This document shows positions 1-11,225 of a stretch of DNA of 64,000 bases, in pieces. This DNA is from Candidatus Dadabacteria bacterium (lineage in GTDB: Bacteria > Desulfobacterota_D > UBA1144 > Nemesobacterales > CSP1-2). Each line of letters begins with the position of its first letter. The stretch's first letter is position 1. The notes below the pieces were generated by a model. It did not search any database. It saw nothing but the letters and a program-made list of their open reading frames with translations, and was not told the origin of the DNA. A program made the position numbers and the translations under genes. The stretch covers positions 1 to 64,000 of the forward strand of contig CAWDVW010000002.1 in NCBI GenBank assembly GCA_963805855.1, written 5' to 3'.

Positions 1-213
1 CGCGAAGTTCTTCAGGCCGACGTAATGCACGTCCACGGCGCCGAGCTCGTAATCGGTAAAGCTGAGATAGGCCAGAACGCAGAGCGGCACGATGATGAGG
101 AGGACGAGAAGGATGAAGGCGGGCAACGCGAAGCCCCCCGCCGCGAGCCGCTCCGTCAGGATCGCGCGGCGTCCGGGCGTAAAGCCGCCCGCGGGTTCTG
201 CGACGACGGTCAT
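1..213 (-). CDS. Carbohydrate ABC transporter permease, N-terminal part (runs off the window start)
   Basis: My translation from ATG at 213 gives [10 protein letters not shown]...FALPAFILLVLLIIVPLCVLAYLSFTDYELGAVDVHYVGLKNFA, a typical UgpA/MalF-type start. Its ATG overlaps the stop of the upstream ATPase gene (TGATG). Confidence 0.85.
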   Translation of the reverse strand, partial: MTVVAEPAGGFTPGRRAILTERLAAGGFALPAFILLVLLIIVPLCVLAYLSFTDYELGAVDVHYVGLKNFA

Positions 214-1415
214 CAGGCGTTTCCCCCTGCGGGGAGATAGTGCGGCCTCAGGCGGGAAACCGTGCAGCCCGGAGACGCCTCGCTGACACGCGTCCCGCCG
301 AAGTTCGAAGACATGGCAGGCGGCGGTGTCGAAGACGAGGTCGGCGCGTTCGACGTCCGCGTCGGCTACGTTGGCGGGCACGCGCGACGTCACGATTGTG
401 CCGGGCAGGTTCTCGGGTTCGAAGTGCAGGATCTTTTCCCGGCCCGAGATGCTCGCTGCGCCAGAGCCGGGCGGACACCGTGGCGCTCGCGCTCTTGCCA
501 GAAGCCTGTTCGACCGGCTGCAGCAGTTCCGGCCGGATCCCGAGCGTGACGGCTTCGCCCTCGTCCAGCTTCGTCCGGATATTGAGCCGGACGCCGAAGA
601 GCTCCACCTCCCCCCCTGCGGCGATCGTCGCCGGAAGCAGGTTGATTGAAGGGCTCCCAATGAACTGCGCGACCTGGATGTTCGCCGGGGACGTGTAGAG
701 CTCGTCGGGCGTCCCCGAGTTGCAGGATGTGACCGCCCTCCATCATGGCGACCCGGTCGGACATGGTCATCGCCTCGACTTGGTCGTGCGTGACGTAGAT
801 GAAGGTCGCACCGAGCTTGCGGTGCAGCTCGGCGAGTTCGGAGCGCATGTGCACCCTAAGCTTGGCATCGAGATTGGAAAGGGGCTCGTCCATGAGGAAG
901 GCTGCCGGATGACGCACCATTGCCCGGCCGGGCGCAACTCGCTGGCGCTGGCGGCCCGGAAAGCTGGGCGGGCTTGCGGTCGAGCAGGTCCTCGATTTGC
1001 AGCTGCGCGGCGATTGCCCGGACCTCGCGGCCGATATCCGCCATCACCCTCCTGCGCCGGAGTGAGAGCAGGCGCACCAGCGGCAGCCGCTCGTGGAGAC
1101 CGAGATTGCTCATGGTCAGCGGCAGGGCGATGTTTGAGAACACGGACATGTGGGGATAGAGCGCGTAGCTCTGGAACACCATCGCCACGCGACGCTCGTG
1201 CGGGCGCAGATGGTCGATCGGCGCGCCGTTTACGCGGATGGCGCCGGACGATTGCGGCTCCAGACCCGCGATGATCCGGATCAGCGTCGACTTCCCGCAG
1301 CCGGACGGGCCGACGAGGGTCAGGAACTCGCCGTCCGGAATCGACAGGTCGATGTCCAAAGGACCTTTAGGGCCCCGAAGGACTTGGAGATTTTCTGCAG
1401 TTCAACGGTTGCCAA
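213..1415 (-). CDS. Sugar/glycerol-3-phosphate-type ABC transporter ATP-binding protein (MalK/UgpC-like), frameshifted
   Basis: Pieces in ORFs 856..1359 ([23 protein letters not shown]), 390..920 ([25 protein letters not shown]) and 248..607 (TLGIRPE). Start TTG ([14 protein letters not shown]) follows a GGAG. Confidence 0.85.
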
Positions 1416-1438
1416 CGCGCTGCTCCAATCCTCCCAGC

Positions 1439-2266
1439 CTAGGCGGCCCGGGGATAAACCTCTTTGATGACGTCTTCGATGCGAAAGGTGCGAAGACCGG
1501 GGACGTCCTCGATGGTGACCGCAAAGCCGTCGTCGCCGAGTTCGACCACCACTGCGCCGAGACGCAATTCGCCAGCCATCTCGGGGTGGAGCGAAGGACC
1601 GACGATGAAGCCCGAGGACGGCGCCCATACATAATGCACCCCGTCGCGCACCTCTTTGTGGGCGCGGTGCAGGTGCCCGCTCGAGATCAGTCTGACGCCG
1701 TGTTGCCGCGCGAGCCCCAGGAGGACGGCCCTTTCGGCCGGCGGCGCGGCCCAGTATCCGACCTCGCCCTCCTCGGGATCGGAGATGAACAGGGGGCGGT
1801 GAGAGAACCAGGCGATCTTTCGGCCGGCCGCGCCGCCCATCGTCTGCGACAGCCAATCGAGTTGCTCCTTCTCGACGGCGTCGCCGCAGCCGACGAGCAT
1901 GGCGTTCAGGCCAATGAGCCGCCACGAGCCGACGTCGCGGTGCCAGAAGTCCGGACCGAAATGCCTGCGCCACCGGGCGAGCCGTTCAGCATTGACGGGC
2001 TGGTGCGGGTTCCCTGCCTCGCCGACGTCGTGGTTGCCCGGCACGGCCAGGAGCGGGACGTCGATCTCGCGCAGCAGACCCGCGCAATGGAGCATGTCCT
2101 CTTCCATGTCCGCGCCGTCGACGGTCACGTCGCCGGTATGCACGACGAGGTCGGGCTTGCTGGCGGCAATCCAGGCCCTGAGCGGCTCCCAGTTGTCGTG
2201 GAAGTGACGCTTGGAGGGACTGAGGTGGGTGTCGGAAATCTGGACTATGCGGACCATGCGGCGCAA
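1439..2266 (-). CDS. Calcineurin-like metallophosphoesterase
   Basis: Motifs DTH, HTGD, GNHD, SHRP and SGHLH in an intact ORF. Confidence 0.9.
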   Translation of the reverse strand: MRRMVRIVQISDTHLSPSKRHFHDNWEPLRAWIAASKPDLVVHTGDVTVDGADMEEDMLHCAGLLREIDVPLLAVPGNHDVGEAGNPHQPVNAERLARWRRHFGPDFWHRDVGSWRLIGLNAMLVGCGDAVEKEQLDWLSQTMGGAAGRKIAWFSHRPLFISDPEEGEVGYWAAPPAERAVLLGLARQHGVRLISSGHLHRAHKEVRDGVHYVWAPSSGFIVGPSLHPEMAGELRLGAVVVELGDDGFAVTIEDVPGLRTFRIEDVIKEVYPRAA

Positions 2267-2470
2267 ATCCTTGTGAAAACGAGGGAGTATCCGGCCCCTG
2301 CATCAAAGGGCAGTGCAGCCGTGGCGACCACGGCCGGACATGCGGGCAGATCCCTCCCGGGGCGCCCGCCTGCGTGACGATCAATTGGCAAAGCCGTCTC
2401 CTCTCCACCCCGGACCGCCGCCGTTGCCGGCCGTGTCCTCCCGCGCCGTTCCCGCGACGCCGAGCCGAAG

Positions 2471-2508
2471 GTAACGACAGGGATTTACATATGTCAACTG
2501 TCTGTTAC
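2471..2508. promoter_or_regulatory. Palindromic operator candidate in the divergent promoter of the SorC-type regulator
   Basis: GTAACGACAG...CTGTCTGTTAC arms around an AT-rich core TTTACATATGTCAA, in otherwise GC-rich DNA between divergent genes. Confidence 0.5.
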
Positions 2509-2577
2509 AAAAGTTTTCACGATGACTTGCCGCCCGGCTGGGCCGACGCGCGGGCGGCGGGCGAGGAGGACGAAGAG

Positions 2578-3582
2578 ATGGCGCATGCTACGGAGGCATC
2601 GACCCCCGCGTCTTGGGACGAGCAGACGCAGATCCGGGTGCTGTGGATGTATTTCATGGAGGGCCGCACGCAGGCGGACATCGCCCAGGCACTGTCGACC
2701 AACCGGTTGCGCATCAACCGGATCATCAGCGAGGCCCGGCGGTCCGGCCTGGTCAGCGTCACGCTGAATTCACGGCTGGCGTCCTGCGTCCGGCTCGAAG
2801 AACAGCTGGTGGCGACGTTCGGACTCAAGAGGGCCATCATCGTCCCGACACCTCAACAGGACGACGCCGTCCCGGCCCTCCTCGGCCAGGCAACCGCGGG
2901 CTACGTCACAGAGCTGCTCGCCGAGCCATCCATGCGGGGCATCGGCGTGGGATGGGGTGCCACGCTGCGCGAGATGGTGCGTCACATGCCGACCATGCGG
3001 CAACCTCTCCTGTGCGTGAATTCAGTCATGGGCGGCTTGACCCGCGGGATCGAGATCAATACGTTCGACATCGCGAGCGATCTGGCGCGCAAGCTCGAGG
3101 CCGAGTGCGCCTACCTTGCGGCTCCGATCTATGCGGGAAGCCCCGAGTCGCACGACGCGATCATGACGCTGGACGTGTTCCGCGAGGCGTTTGATCGCGT
3201 TGCTGCCAACGATCTGATCCTGCTCAGCATCGGCGATCTGACGGAGCGCTCACTTCTGATGCGCTATGGGCTGCCGCGAGACGTCTCGATCGCGGAGCTC
3301 GTGGCCGCCGGCGCCACGGGCGACATCATGGGCCAGTTCATCAATGCGGAGGGGCGGCCGATCGACCACGCCATCAACCGGCGAACGATCGCCCTGCCTC
3401 TGGAAACGCTCCGGAAGGTTCCAAACGTGGTGCTGGCGTCCGGCGGCGTCAACAAGGTCGACGCCGTCGCCGCTGCCCTGAGATCGGGCCTCGCCACGGC
3501 GCTCGTCTGCGACGAGGACACCGCGCGGGAGGCGTTGCTGCGTTCCGGCCGAAGCGCGAATCCCGATTTGGAGGCGACCTGA
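2578..3582 (+). CDS. SorC/DeoR-family sugar-binding transcriptional regulator
   Basis: YFMEGRTQADIAQALSTNR HTH, IGVGWGATL, GDIMGQF, SGGVNK. GAGGAGG lies upstream of ATG 2578. Confidence 0.9.
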   Translation: MAHATEASTPASWDEQTQIRVLWMYFMEGRTQADIAQALSTNRLRINRIISEARRSGLVSVTLNSRLASCVRLEEQLVATFGLKRAIIVPTPQQDDAVPALLGQATAGYVTELLAEPSMRGIGVGWGATLREMVRHMPTMRQPLLCVNSVMGGLTRGIEINTFDIASDLARKLEAECAYLAAPIYAGSPESHDAIMTLDVFREAFDRVAANDLILLSIGDLTERSLLMRYGLPRDVSIAELVAAGATGDIMGQFINAEGRPIDHAINRRTIALPLETLRKVPNVVLASGGVNKVDAVAAALRSGLATALVCDEDTAREALLRSGRSANPDLEAT

Positions 3583-3920
3583 CCGATCCCGAAGGGGCTT
3601 CCCGCCGTTTTCCGGCTTGAGACGGGTAGAATTCTCCGAATGCCCTTCAATAGCTGCGGGCGCTAAGCCTTCGCCGCCGAAGCGGCTAAAGCTCAGTGAG
3701 AAGAGAGCTGGCCTCCGGAGCGCTGGCGAAGATCCAATAGGGTTGGCTTCATTCGCCCTGGTGCATCAGCTTCTCTCGGGATCGAAAATGGCAAAGTGCG
3801 TCGATCCGCGACGTTTTCGCTGATGCGCCTTCGGAAGCAGGCGCAACTCTGACCGCACTGGCTGCCGATGGCAGGCGAGCCGGGCCGATGGGCTCGGATC
3901 TCTTGTAGATTAGGATGAAC

Positions 3921-4456
3921 TCACGATGGCCGAGGCGTATTGCTGTGCGCGCCCGACGCGACGCCTTCGATATACGCGATGATCTCCCGGCCCACCTCGT
4001 CCAGACTGGCCTTTTCCTCAAGGATCCGGCGGGCATTGACGTCCATGTCGCCGGCGAGCTTCCTGTAGGCGCCGGGGTTGACGCAGAACTTGATCACCGG
4101 CGAGATCGTCGGGCCCGACACCGACCCGCGCCCCGTGACGAACAGGGTCAGATGGCAGCCGGATGCGGTCATCTCTACGATCTCGGTATTGTCGGAGATG
4201 TTGGGGAAGCCGAAGCGCACCTCGCCGTCGGGCACGACGTCCATCAGGAAGTGTCCCTCGGGGTGGTATATCGTGTGGCCGAGCAGGACAGGCTTCTCGG
4301 CGTCGACGCGGCTACCGCAGACGCCGAGGCTTCAGCCGCTCCGATGGCCTTTATCGCGACGAGCACGTTGTCGCGACCGTCGAGCAACAGCAGCCGCGGG
4401 TCCTCCACTCCGGAGGCCTCGGAGCCGGACACGCTCCTGTCTTCGCCGATCATCAC
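3921..4456 (-). pseudogene. UxaA/altronate-dehydratase-family remnant (SAF-like start fused to the C-terminal tip, large internal deletion)
   Basis: DGRDNVLVA and KYTTP-like SAF piece, then ASGCHLTLFVTGRGSV..SPVIK..DMDVNA..LDEVGREI. Far shorter than a full enzyme. Confidence 0.7.
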
Positions 4457-5130
4457 AACACACCGAAGGTCGAAAAAGCTTCGCAGGCGCTCATGCCATT
4501 TAGGATGGCGATAGCCATCTTGCTCTCGGTGCGTGCCTTCTCAAGCGCGCTACCGATTACTTCGGCCTCGGCCGCCCTCGGGATGACGAACTCGCCTTCC
4601 CGATCGGCAAAGACAAGGTCGTCGGGCATGATGACGACGCCGCCGATCTCGATCCGGCAGCGATAGTCGATGACCTTGCCGCGCGGCCCCTGGTCCTAGG
4701 CGTAGATGCCCCGCGAGAACACGTTGAAGCCGAGCTTCTCGATCTCCCAGCTGTCGCGCAGGTAGCCGTCCACTATCGCGCCGGCCGCGTTCAGATGCAG
4801 CGCGCGGGTCGACATGAGGCCGCCCCAGAGCGCATAGCGCAGCGACCCCCCGGTGGCGATATAGACCTCGTCCTCGCGAAGGCCGTCGAGCGCCTCCATC
4901 ATCAATCCGAATGGCTTGTCCGCGAGTGTCCCCCGCGACGAAGGTGATCCTTCGGCAAAACCGTCGGCCTCCAGAACCGGCATTGCATGTCCGGCGAACT
5001 TCATCTCAGGTTTGAGCGGTGCGATGCCTGCGGGAAGGAACTGGCGCTGATGGCCCATGGCATCGAGGACTCGCCCACGACCGCAGTGAAGAGCCCGCTT
5101 CTCAAGGCTTCGAAAATCGCCTTGTGGGAG
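4450..5130 (-). pseudogene. RraA/HMG-aldolase family protein with frameshifts and an in-frame stop
   Basis: LFTAVVG / MGHQRQFLP..ALWGGLMSTRA..GAIVDGYLRD. The frame continues past TAG at 4696-4698 as DQGPRGKVIDYRCRIEIGGV..DLVFADREG. Confidence 0.75.
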
Positions 5131-5184
5131 GGGACGGATGCAGAGCTTGCGGTCCTTTGACGGGAAGAGTGGCTCGGTGGCGGC

Positions 5185-6003
5185 TTAGTCGATAAGCCGA
5201 CCTCTTTCATCAAAGAAGGGGTGAGGGCCATCGAATTCCCCTACGAAGCTGATATGCGAAACCAGCCGACTTTCGCTCGTCCAGGCATGTAAAAGACATC
5301 CCGGCGGATCCATGGAGAAGCGCGAAGGGCCATCGGGAGCCAGATCAAGCGCAACCGCGTGGGACGTGCCGGGACATATCAGCATTTCCATCTCGGCCTC
5401 GCGCGTCGCCACGAAACGGTGCACGTGGCCGCACAGAAGTGCCCGCACCTGCGGGTGCCGCGCCAGCACGGCGATCGCGGCATCGGCGTCCCGGCAATTC
5501 TGAGCGTCCATATGGGTTATGCCGGTCAGGAACGGCGGATGATGCATGAACACGATGGTCGGCTTGCCCCGCTCCAGCGAGAGCTGATGGTCGAGCCACT
5601 CCAGTCCTTCGGCCCCAACCTCGCCATGGGGTTGGCCCGGGACCAGCGTATCCAAGGCTAGGAAGCGGAGCGGGAAACCGTCGATCGCATAGTTCAGCCG
5701 TCCGGTCCCGGGCAGGTATGAGGCGGCCTTCAACATTCGCCGCAACGCATCCCTGTCGTCATGGTTTCCTGGCACGACGTAATAGGGAATGTCGAGGCGA
5801 TCCATCAGGGTCACGAAGTGGGCATATTCTTCGTGACGGCCAAAATCCGCTAGGTCGCCGGTGACAAGAACGCACTCCGGTCTCGGCGCGAGTGCGTTGA
5901 GGTGATCGACGCATCGTTCAAGAGCTGCACCCGTATCTACCTTGCCATAGGCGAGGCGCCCCGGCATTCGAATATGGGTGTCGGTAATTTGTGCGAAGAT
6001 CAT
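5185..6003 (-). CDS. CpdA/GpdQ-like class III phosphodiesterase
   Basis: MIFAQITDTH, VTGDL, PGNHD, MHHPP and CGHVHR in the C-terminal part of ORF 5185..6624. Confidence 0.9.
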   Translation of the reverse strand: MIFAQITDTHIRMPGRLAYGKVDTGAALERCVDHLNALAPRPECVLVTGDLADFGRHEEYAHFVTLMDRLDIPYYVVPGNHDDRDALRRMLKAASYLPGTGRLNYAIDGFPLRFLALDTLVPGQPHGEVGAEGLEWLDHQLSLERGKPTIVFMHHPPFLTGITHMDAQNCRDADAAIAVLARHPQVRALLCGHVHRFVATREAEMEMLICPGTSHAVALDLAPDGPSRFSMDPPGCLLHAWTSESRLVSHISFVGEFDGPHPFFDERGRLID

Positions 6004-7070
6004 ATTCTGGCAGGACCATCTGTTGCAGGTAGTGTAAAGATTTCGTCGGCCTTTACCGTCAGGCCGACTTCCTCGCCGAGAACGTGGACGTGGCGGGCGC
6101 GCGTGTCGGCTGTTACCAACGTGCCGTTCACCACATCGAGGACGACGCGGGTGCGATCGCCGAGAAAAAGGGCGTTGACGATGCGACCGCGCAAGTGCCC
6201 TTCGGAGACGGGGACGAGTTCGACGCTCTCCGGCCGGAAAAGGATTTCGGTCGACCCTCTGCCCTGTCCCTTCCAGGGGAGGTTTCCGGCCAAGGTCTCG
6301 AGGACGCCGTCCCGTGCCTCTCCCGACAGGCGGTTCACCGTGCCTATGAAGTCGGCGACGAACGGGCTGCCAGGACTGAAGTAGATGTCGCGCGGGCTGC
6401 CTACCTGGGCGACCAGGCCCTTGCTCATGACGACGATGCGGTCGCCGAGCGCCATCGCCTCGGCCTGGTCGTGGGTCACGTAGATCGCAGTGATGCCAAG
6501 GCTGCGCAGCAGGCCGTCGATCTCGACGCGCAAGCTCTCCCGCAGCAAGGCGTCCAGCGCGGTCAACGGCTCGTCCAGCAGCAGCACGCGCGGGCCGCAC
6601 CGCGATGGCGCGCGCCAGCGCCACGCGCTGGCGCTGGCCGCCGGAGAGCTGGTCGACATGGCGGTCCCGCCAGGTCGCCGATCTGCATCATCTCCAGCAT
6701 CTCCTGGACGCGACGGCGCTTCGTCCGTCCGTCGGGCGTACGGCGCACGCGTCAGGCCGTAGGCGATGTTCTCCGCGACGTCCATGTTGGGGAACAGCGC
6801 ATAGGACTGGAACACCATGCCGACGTTGCGCTTCTCGATGGGCAGCGCCGTCACGTCCTCTTCGGAGAACAGCACCCGGCCGCCGTCGTCGGGCGATTCC
6901 AGCCCGGCGATGATCCTGAGGGTGCGTGGTCTTGCCGCAGCCCGACGGGCCCAGGAGGACCAGGGTTTCGCCCGCCCGCGATCTCCAGGTCGACGGGCTC
7001 CAGGGCGCGCGTCCGTCGGCGAAGGTCTTGGCGCAGGCGACGAGACGCGATGCGGTCAGTGCCGTTCCAT
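6000..7070 (-). CDS. ABC transporter ATP-binding protein (PotA/FbpC-like), frameshifted
   Basis: [48 protein letters not shown]-terminal TOBE-like region. Confidence 0.85.
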
Positions 7071-7900
7071 GGCTGCACGATCCCCGCGCAGCGCCGGCAT
7101 CGAGGCGCGGCCGCCGCGACTTGCCCGGCTGCCGAGCAACTGGACAGGACGAGCAGCGGCACCAGCATGATAAAGAAGACAAGCGTGTAGGCGCTGCCCA
7201 CCTCGAGCCGCATCGAGGCGTAGCTGTCGGCGAGCCCGACCGGCAGGGTCTTGGTCAGCGGGCGTGTGCAGCATCCAGGTCAGATTGAATTCGCCGATCG
7301 ACAGGGTCACCACCATGAGGGAGCCGGCGAGGATGCCGGGCCGGCAGTTGGGCAGCACGACGGTCGAAGAAGCGCTGGCGGAAAGATGGCGCCCAGGCTG
7401 GCCGCACCCTCCTCGAGGGTGCGGAAGTCAAGCGGACAGGACCGCCAGCACGGAGCGGACCATGAAAGGCAAGGTGTACAGCACGTGGCCCACCAGAATG
7501 AAGAGCCAGCTCAGGCGGAAATCGCGGAAGGTCCCGTAGGTGATGATGAGCGCCAGCGCGATGGCAAGGCCCGGGATGGCGATCGGCAAGACCAGGGTCT
7601 CCTCGATCATGCGGGTGACCGGGCCCGGCCGCTTGGCCAGGACGTAGGCCGCCGGCACGCCGATCACAAGGTCGCAGACGAGGCAGGCGATGGCGATTTG
7701 CAGCGAGAGCCGGATCGTGCCGCATAGAGATCCCAGACCTGTAGCCGACCCAGCGCAGGGTGACGCCGCTCTTCAGGCCCTGCAAGAAGTTCTCGGTGAC
7801 GCCCGGCCAGGATCGACATGACGACCGGGACGATCAGGAAGGCGCAGATCAGGAGCGTGAGGCGCCAGTGCCGATCGAAAACAGGCCACGGGCGTCGCAT
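7056..7900 (-). CDS. ABC transporter permease, frameshifted
   Basis: Hydrophobic pieces LPIAIPGLAIALALI, GHVLYTLPFMVRSV and TLSIGEFNLTW across several ORFs. Confidence 0.8.
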
Positions 7901-7909
7901 GGCGAGACC

Positions 7910-8751
7910 TCAGCCCGCCGCCGCGACCGTGGCGCCGGCCAGCGAGCGCGACACGTCAGAGCGCGATCCAGGTGATGAGCGCCGAGGACGATGCTGAGCG
8001 CGCCGCGGTCGCAAATTGGCGTCGAGGGTGAACTCCGTGTAGATGGTCATCGGCAGGACGTCGATGTTGGTGGCGAGCGTGAACGCCGTGCCGAAGGCGC
8101 CCATGGACGGTGGCGAAGCAGATCGCGCCGGATGCGATCAGCGCCGGCCGCAGCGCCGGCAGGATGACGTCGCGCACGACCCGCCAGGTCGACGCGCCCA
8201 GGGACCGAGCCGCTTCCTCCAGCGCCGGATCCAGCTTCTCGGCGGCGGCCATGATGGTCAGGATGACGCGCGGGATCGAGAAATAGACAGGTAGCCGACG
8301 AAGAGGCCGGTCATGGAATAGGCGAACACCACCTTGGTGCCGAAGAGCGCCTGGGTGAGCTCGCGCACCAGCCCCTGCCGGCCGGCCAGCATGATCACCA
8401 GGAAGCCGATCACCACGCCGGGGAAGGCGAGCGGCAGGGTCAGCATCGAGACAAGCAGCGAGCGCCCGGCAAAGCGGTTGCGCTCCAGGAACACCCCGCG
8501 CCACCGAGATCGCCAGGGTGGCGACGGTGACGACCGCCGACAGCAGCACGGTGGCAACCAGGCTCTCGAAGTAGCGGGGCGTGGTCAACGCGAGGTTAGG
8601 TACTCTGCCATCCCGGCCCGCTGCCTCCGACAACGATCAGGCGCGCCATCGGCAGCAGGAAGAAGGCGAACACGATCGCGAGGGACGGCGCCAGGAGCGC
8701 AGCTCCAGTCGACGGCGTCTCCTTGCTGGGCGGACCGCGGCGTGTGCCCAT
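7910..8751 (-). CDS. ABC transporter permease, frameshifted
   Basis: LPLAFPGVVIGF, EAA motif LEEAARSLGASTW, and MGAFGTAFTLAT. Confidence 0.8.
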
Positions 8752-8754
8752 CGT

Positions 8755-9776
8755 TCAGCGCACTTCGTCCAGATAGCGGTCTTGAAGCTCTTTTCAGCCT
8801 CCGCCATGCTCTTGTAGTCGACCGGTGGTGGCGCGCTCGTACTCCGAGGCAGGCAGGAACTTGGCCTCGGCCTCCGGCGACATGGCGCTGGCGCGCACCG
8901 GCCGCAGGAAGGCGTTGGCCCACACCGCCTGCCCCTTGTCGGACATGATGAAGTCGAGCGCCTTCTTGCCCTTGTCCGGATGGGGCGCGTTTTTCACCAG
9001 GCTCATCACGTAGGGCACCACGACGGTGCCCTCCGCCGGAATGACGAAGGCGACGTTGGCATTGTCCTTGTATATCGCCCGATAGGCGTTGAAGTCGTAG
9101 TCGAACAGGATCGGGATCTCGCCGGAGAGCACCCGGGCATACGAGGTCTGCTTGGGAACGATCGGGTGGTTCTTCTTGAGTTTCTTGAAGTATTCGATGG
9201 CCGGATCGAAGTTCGTCGAAGCGCCGCCCATCGCCCGTTGACCGCCACCGCGCCGGCGTAGCCGACGAATGCGCTGGACGGATCAAGATAGCCCGACCAT
9301 GCCCTTGTATTCCGGCTTCAGGAGGTCCGCCCAGGACTGCGGCACCGGCTTGTCGCCGAGGGCGTCCCTTGTTCACGAACAGGCCGAGGGTGCCCGAGTG
9401 GATGGTGAACCAGTAGCCGTCGGGATCCTTGAGCCCGCCGGGATCTCGTCGAAATGCTCGGGCTTGTAGGCGCCACCACGCCGGCGTCCTTGGCCGGGAT
9501 GCCGAAGGAGACGCCGTAGTAGGCGACGTCCGCCACCGGGCTGTCCTTCTCGGCGATGAGCTGGGACAGGGTCTGCCCGGAGTTCTTGTTGTCCTGGGGG
9601 ACCGTAGCCCAGGTATTCTCCTTGATGGCCTGGAGCTGCGCAGCCCAGTCGGCCCACTCGCGGCGGGCAGTTGTAGCAGATCGCCTGCTGGGCTGCGGCG
9701 CCCGGCCGACGACTGCGGTGCGAGCGCACCGGCGATCGCGGCTGCCACCGGGCGCTTGGGATCGTTCAACATGCAT
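8755..9776 (-). CDS. ABC transporter substrate-binding protein (Fe/polyamine/phosphoester-type), frameshifted
   Basis: ICYNCP, DNKNSGQTLSQLIAEKDSPVADVAYYG, SGEIPILFDYDFNAY and IPAEGTVVVPYVMSLV. Confidence 0.8.
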
Positions 9777-9791
9777 TATTTCCTCCCAGTT

Positions 9792-10823
9792 TCATGGCCG
9801 GCTTCCCAACCGGCCGGCCGGTGCACTGGCCAGGCGTACCGCCCGGGCAAGAAGGTTGTTCGGGAACGATCGGCGCATCGTCGATGCCGGTCTCGAGCCG
9901 GTCGAGGAGGAGTTCGGCTGCCTGGCCCATGTCGCGACGGCTGGGCGATGGTGGCGAGTCGCGGGACCGATCATGCCGCCCACGGCGATGCCGTCGAATC
10001 CCATGACCGAAACGTCGGCGGGCACCTGGATCCCGATGTCCCGCAACGCGCCGATGACAGAGATCGCGAGGATGTCGGTCGAGCAGAACAGCGCCGTTGG
10101 CGGGGCCTTGCCGGATGTCAGCACGGCGAGCTTTCTCGCCAGCTGGCTGGTCGAGAAGTCGACTTCGACGAGACAGGGAGGTTCGACGCCGCTTCCCGAG
10201 CGCCGCTCATGAACCCTCGATAGCGCGCAGCCGACCGATCGGAGGCCGAGAATTCGCCAGCGACCATGCCAAAAAGACGATGCCCGCGCTCGGCGAACGC
10301 GTGCGCGACTTCCCGCCCCGCCGCCTCGTTGTCGACCGTCACGGTCGACCGGGACGGGGACGACACCGAATTGTAGATCAGAACGTAGGGCACCCGGTCG
10401 TTGTCGAGCTCGTCGAGCAGCCGGCTCTCGGCCGGGTCGGCTACCGTCAGCACGAGACCGTCGATCCCGCGGGTCCTGAGCACTTCCACCGCATGGTCTC
10501 TCGCCTCGAGATCGTAGTTGCTTGCCGCAAGCAAGAGGCTGTAGCCCTTTGCCTTGCTGGCAAATTCCAGGCCGGTGACGGGCTCGGCAAAAACCGAATT
10601 GGCGAGGCTCGGGATCATCACGCCGAGTGTGCGTGCGCGACGTCCGAAGGCTGCGACCAATGCCGTGCATACGAAATCCAAGCTCGGAGATAGCCGCTTG
10701 AACGCGCTCGGCCGTCTCCGGTCTCGTGAGATTGAGCCCATTGATGACACGCGAAGCGGTCGCCACCGAAACACCAGCGCGGGCGGCGACATCCTTTAGC
10801 TTGGGTGCTGTCCTCTCCTCCAT
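9792..10823 (-). CDS. LacI-family transcriptional regulator, frameshifted
   Basis: LKDVAARAGVSVATASRVING HTH, LGVMIPSLANSVFA, PTALFCSTD and VPADVSVMGFDG. Confidence 0.9.
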   Translation of the reverse strand: MEERTAPKLKDVAARAGVSVATASRVINGLNLTRPETAERVQAAISELGFRMHGIGRSLRTSRTHTRRDDPEPRQFGFCRARHRPGICQQGKGLQPLACGKQLRSRGERPCGGSAQDPRDRRSRADGSRPGREPAARRARQRPGALRSDLQFGVVPVPVDRDGRQRGGGAGSRARVRRARASSFWHGRWRILGLRSVGCALSRVHERRSGSGVEPPCLVEVDFSTSQLARKLAVLTSGKAPPTALFCSTDILAISVIGALRDIGIQVPADVSVMGFDGIAVGGMIGPATRHHRPAVATWARQPNSSSTGSRPASTMRRSFPNNLLARAVRLASAPAGRLGSRP

Positions 10824-10865
10824 TTGACTACGCTAGTTCGCAATACCTCCCCATGCAAGGGAAAA

Positions 10866-10879
10866 TGAAATCGATTACA
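10866..10879. promoter_or_regulatory. LacI-type operator (probably autoregulatory)
   Basis: TGAAATCGATTACA, a near-perfect palindrome with central CG, about 43 bp upstream of the LacI gene that leads the ABC operon. Confidence 0.7.
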
Positions 10880-11225
10880 TCGACGAATTTCATGCGGAAC
10901 ACCAAGGGACGCCCTTCTCGCTGCTCGGCGGCAGGCTGGGGATCGCGTCCAGATCGATGTAGAGATGGCTAAGCGACCAGCTGCGCCCGGGAACTCGCCG
11001 TCCGGCACCGCAATCTCGCTCTAAACGAGCGCCCATCGCCGCGGCTCGATGCCGTGGTATTGGTCACCACCAAGGATGGAGGATAGTCAGCCAGCGAGCG
11101 TTGAACGTGATCTTCGTCGTCGTATGGTTGCCCACGTCTCGGAAAGGGACGCGTGGGCAGCGATTGGAAGAGTGCTGATTGTATGGATCGGTCAGCTTCA
11201 ATTCATAATGTTTTGTGCGCGAGGC

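Noticed and set aside
1238-2377. Long plus-strand ORFs opposite real genes (also 6084..7190, 20067..20948, 28669..30168)
   Set aside because: These are shadow ORFs typical of GC-rich DNA. The opposite strand carries the recognisable motifs.
4696-4698. Pyrrolysine or programmed readthrough at the in-frame TAG of the RraA-like gene
   Set aside because: No pyl genes are visible, the gene has other lesions and its neighbour is deleted. A nonsense mutation is the simpler explanation.
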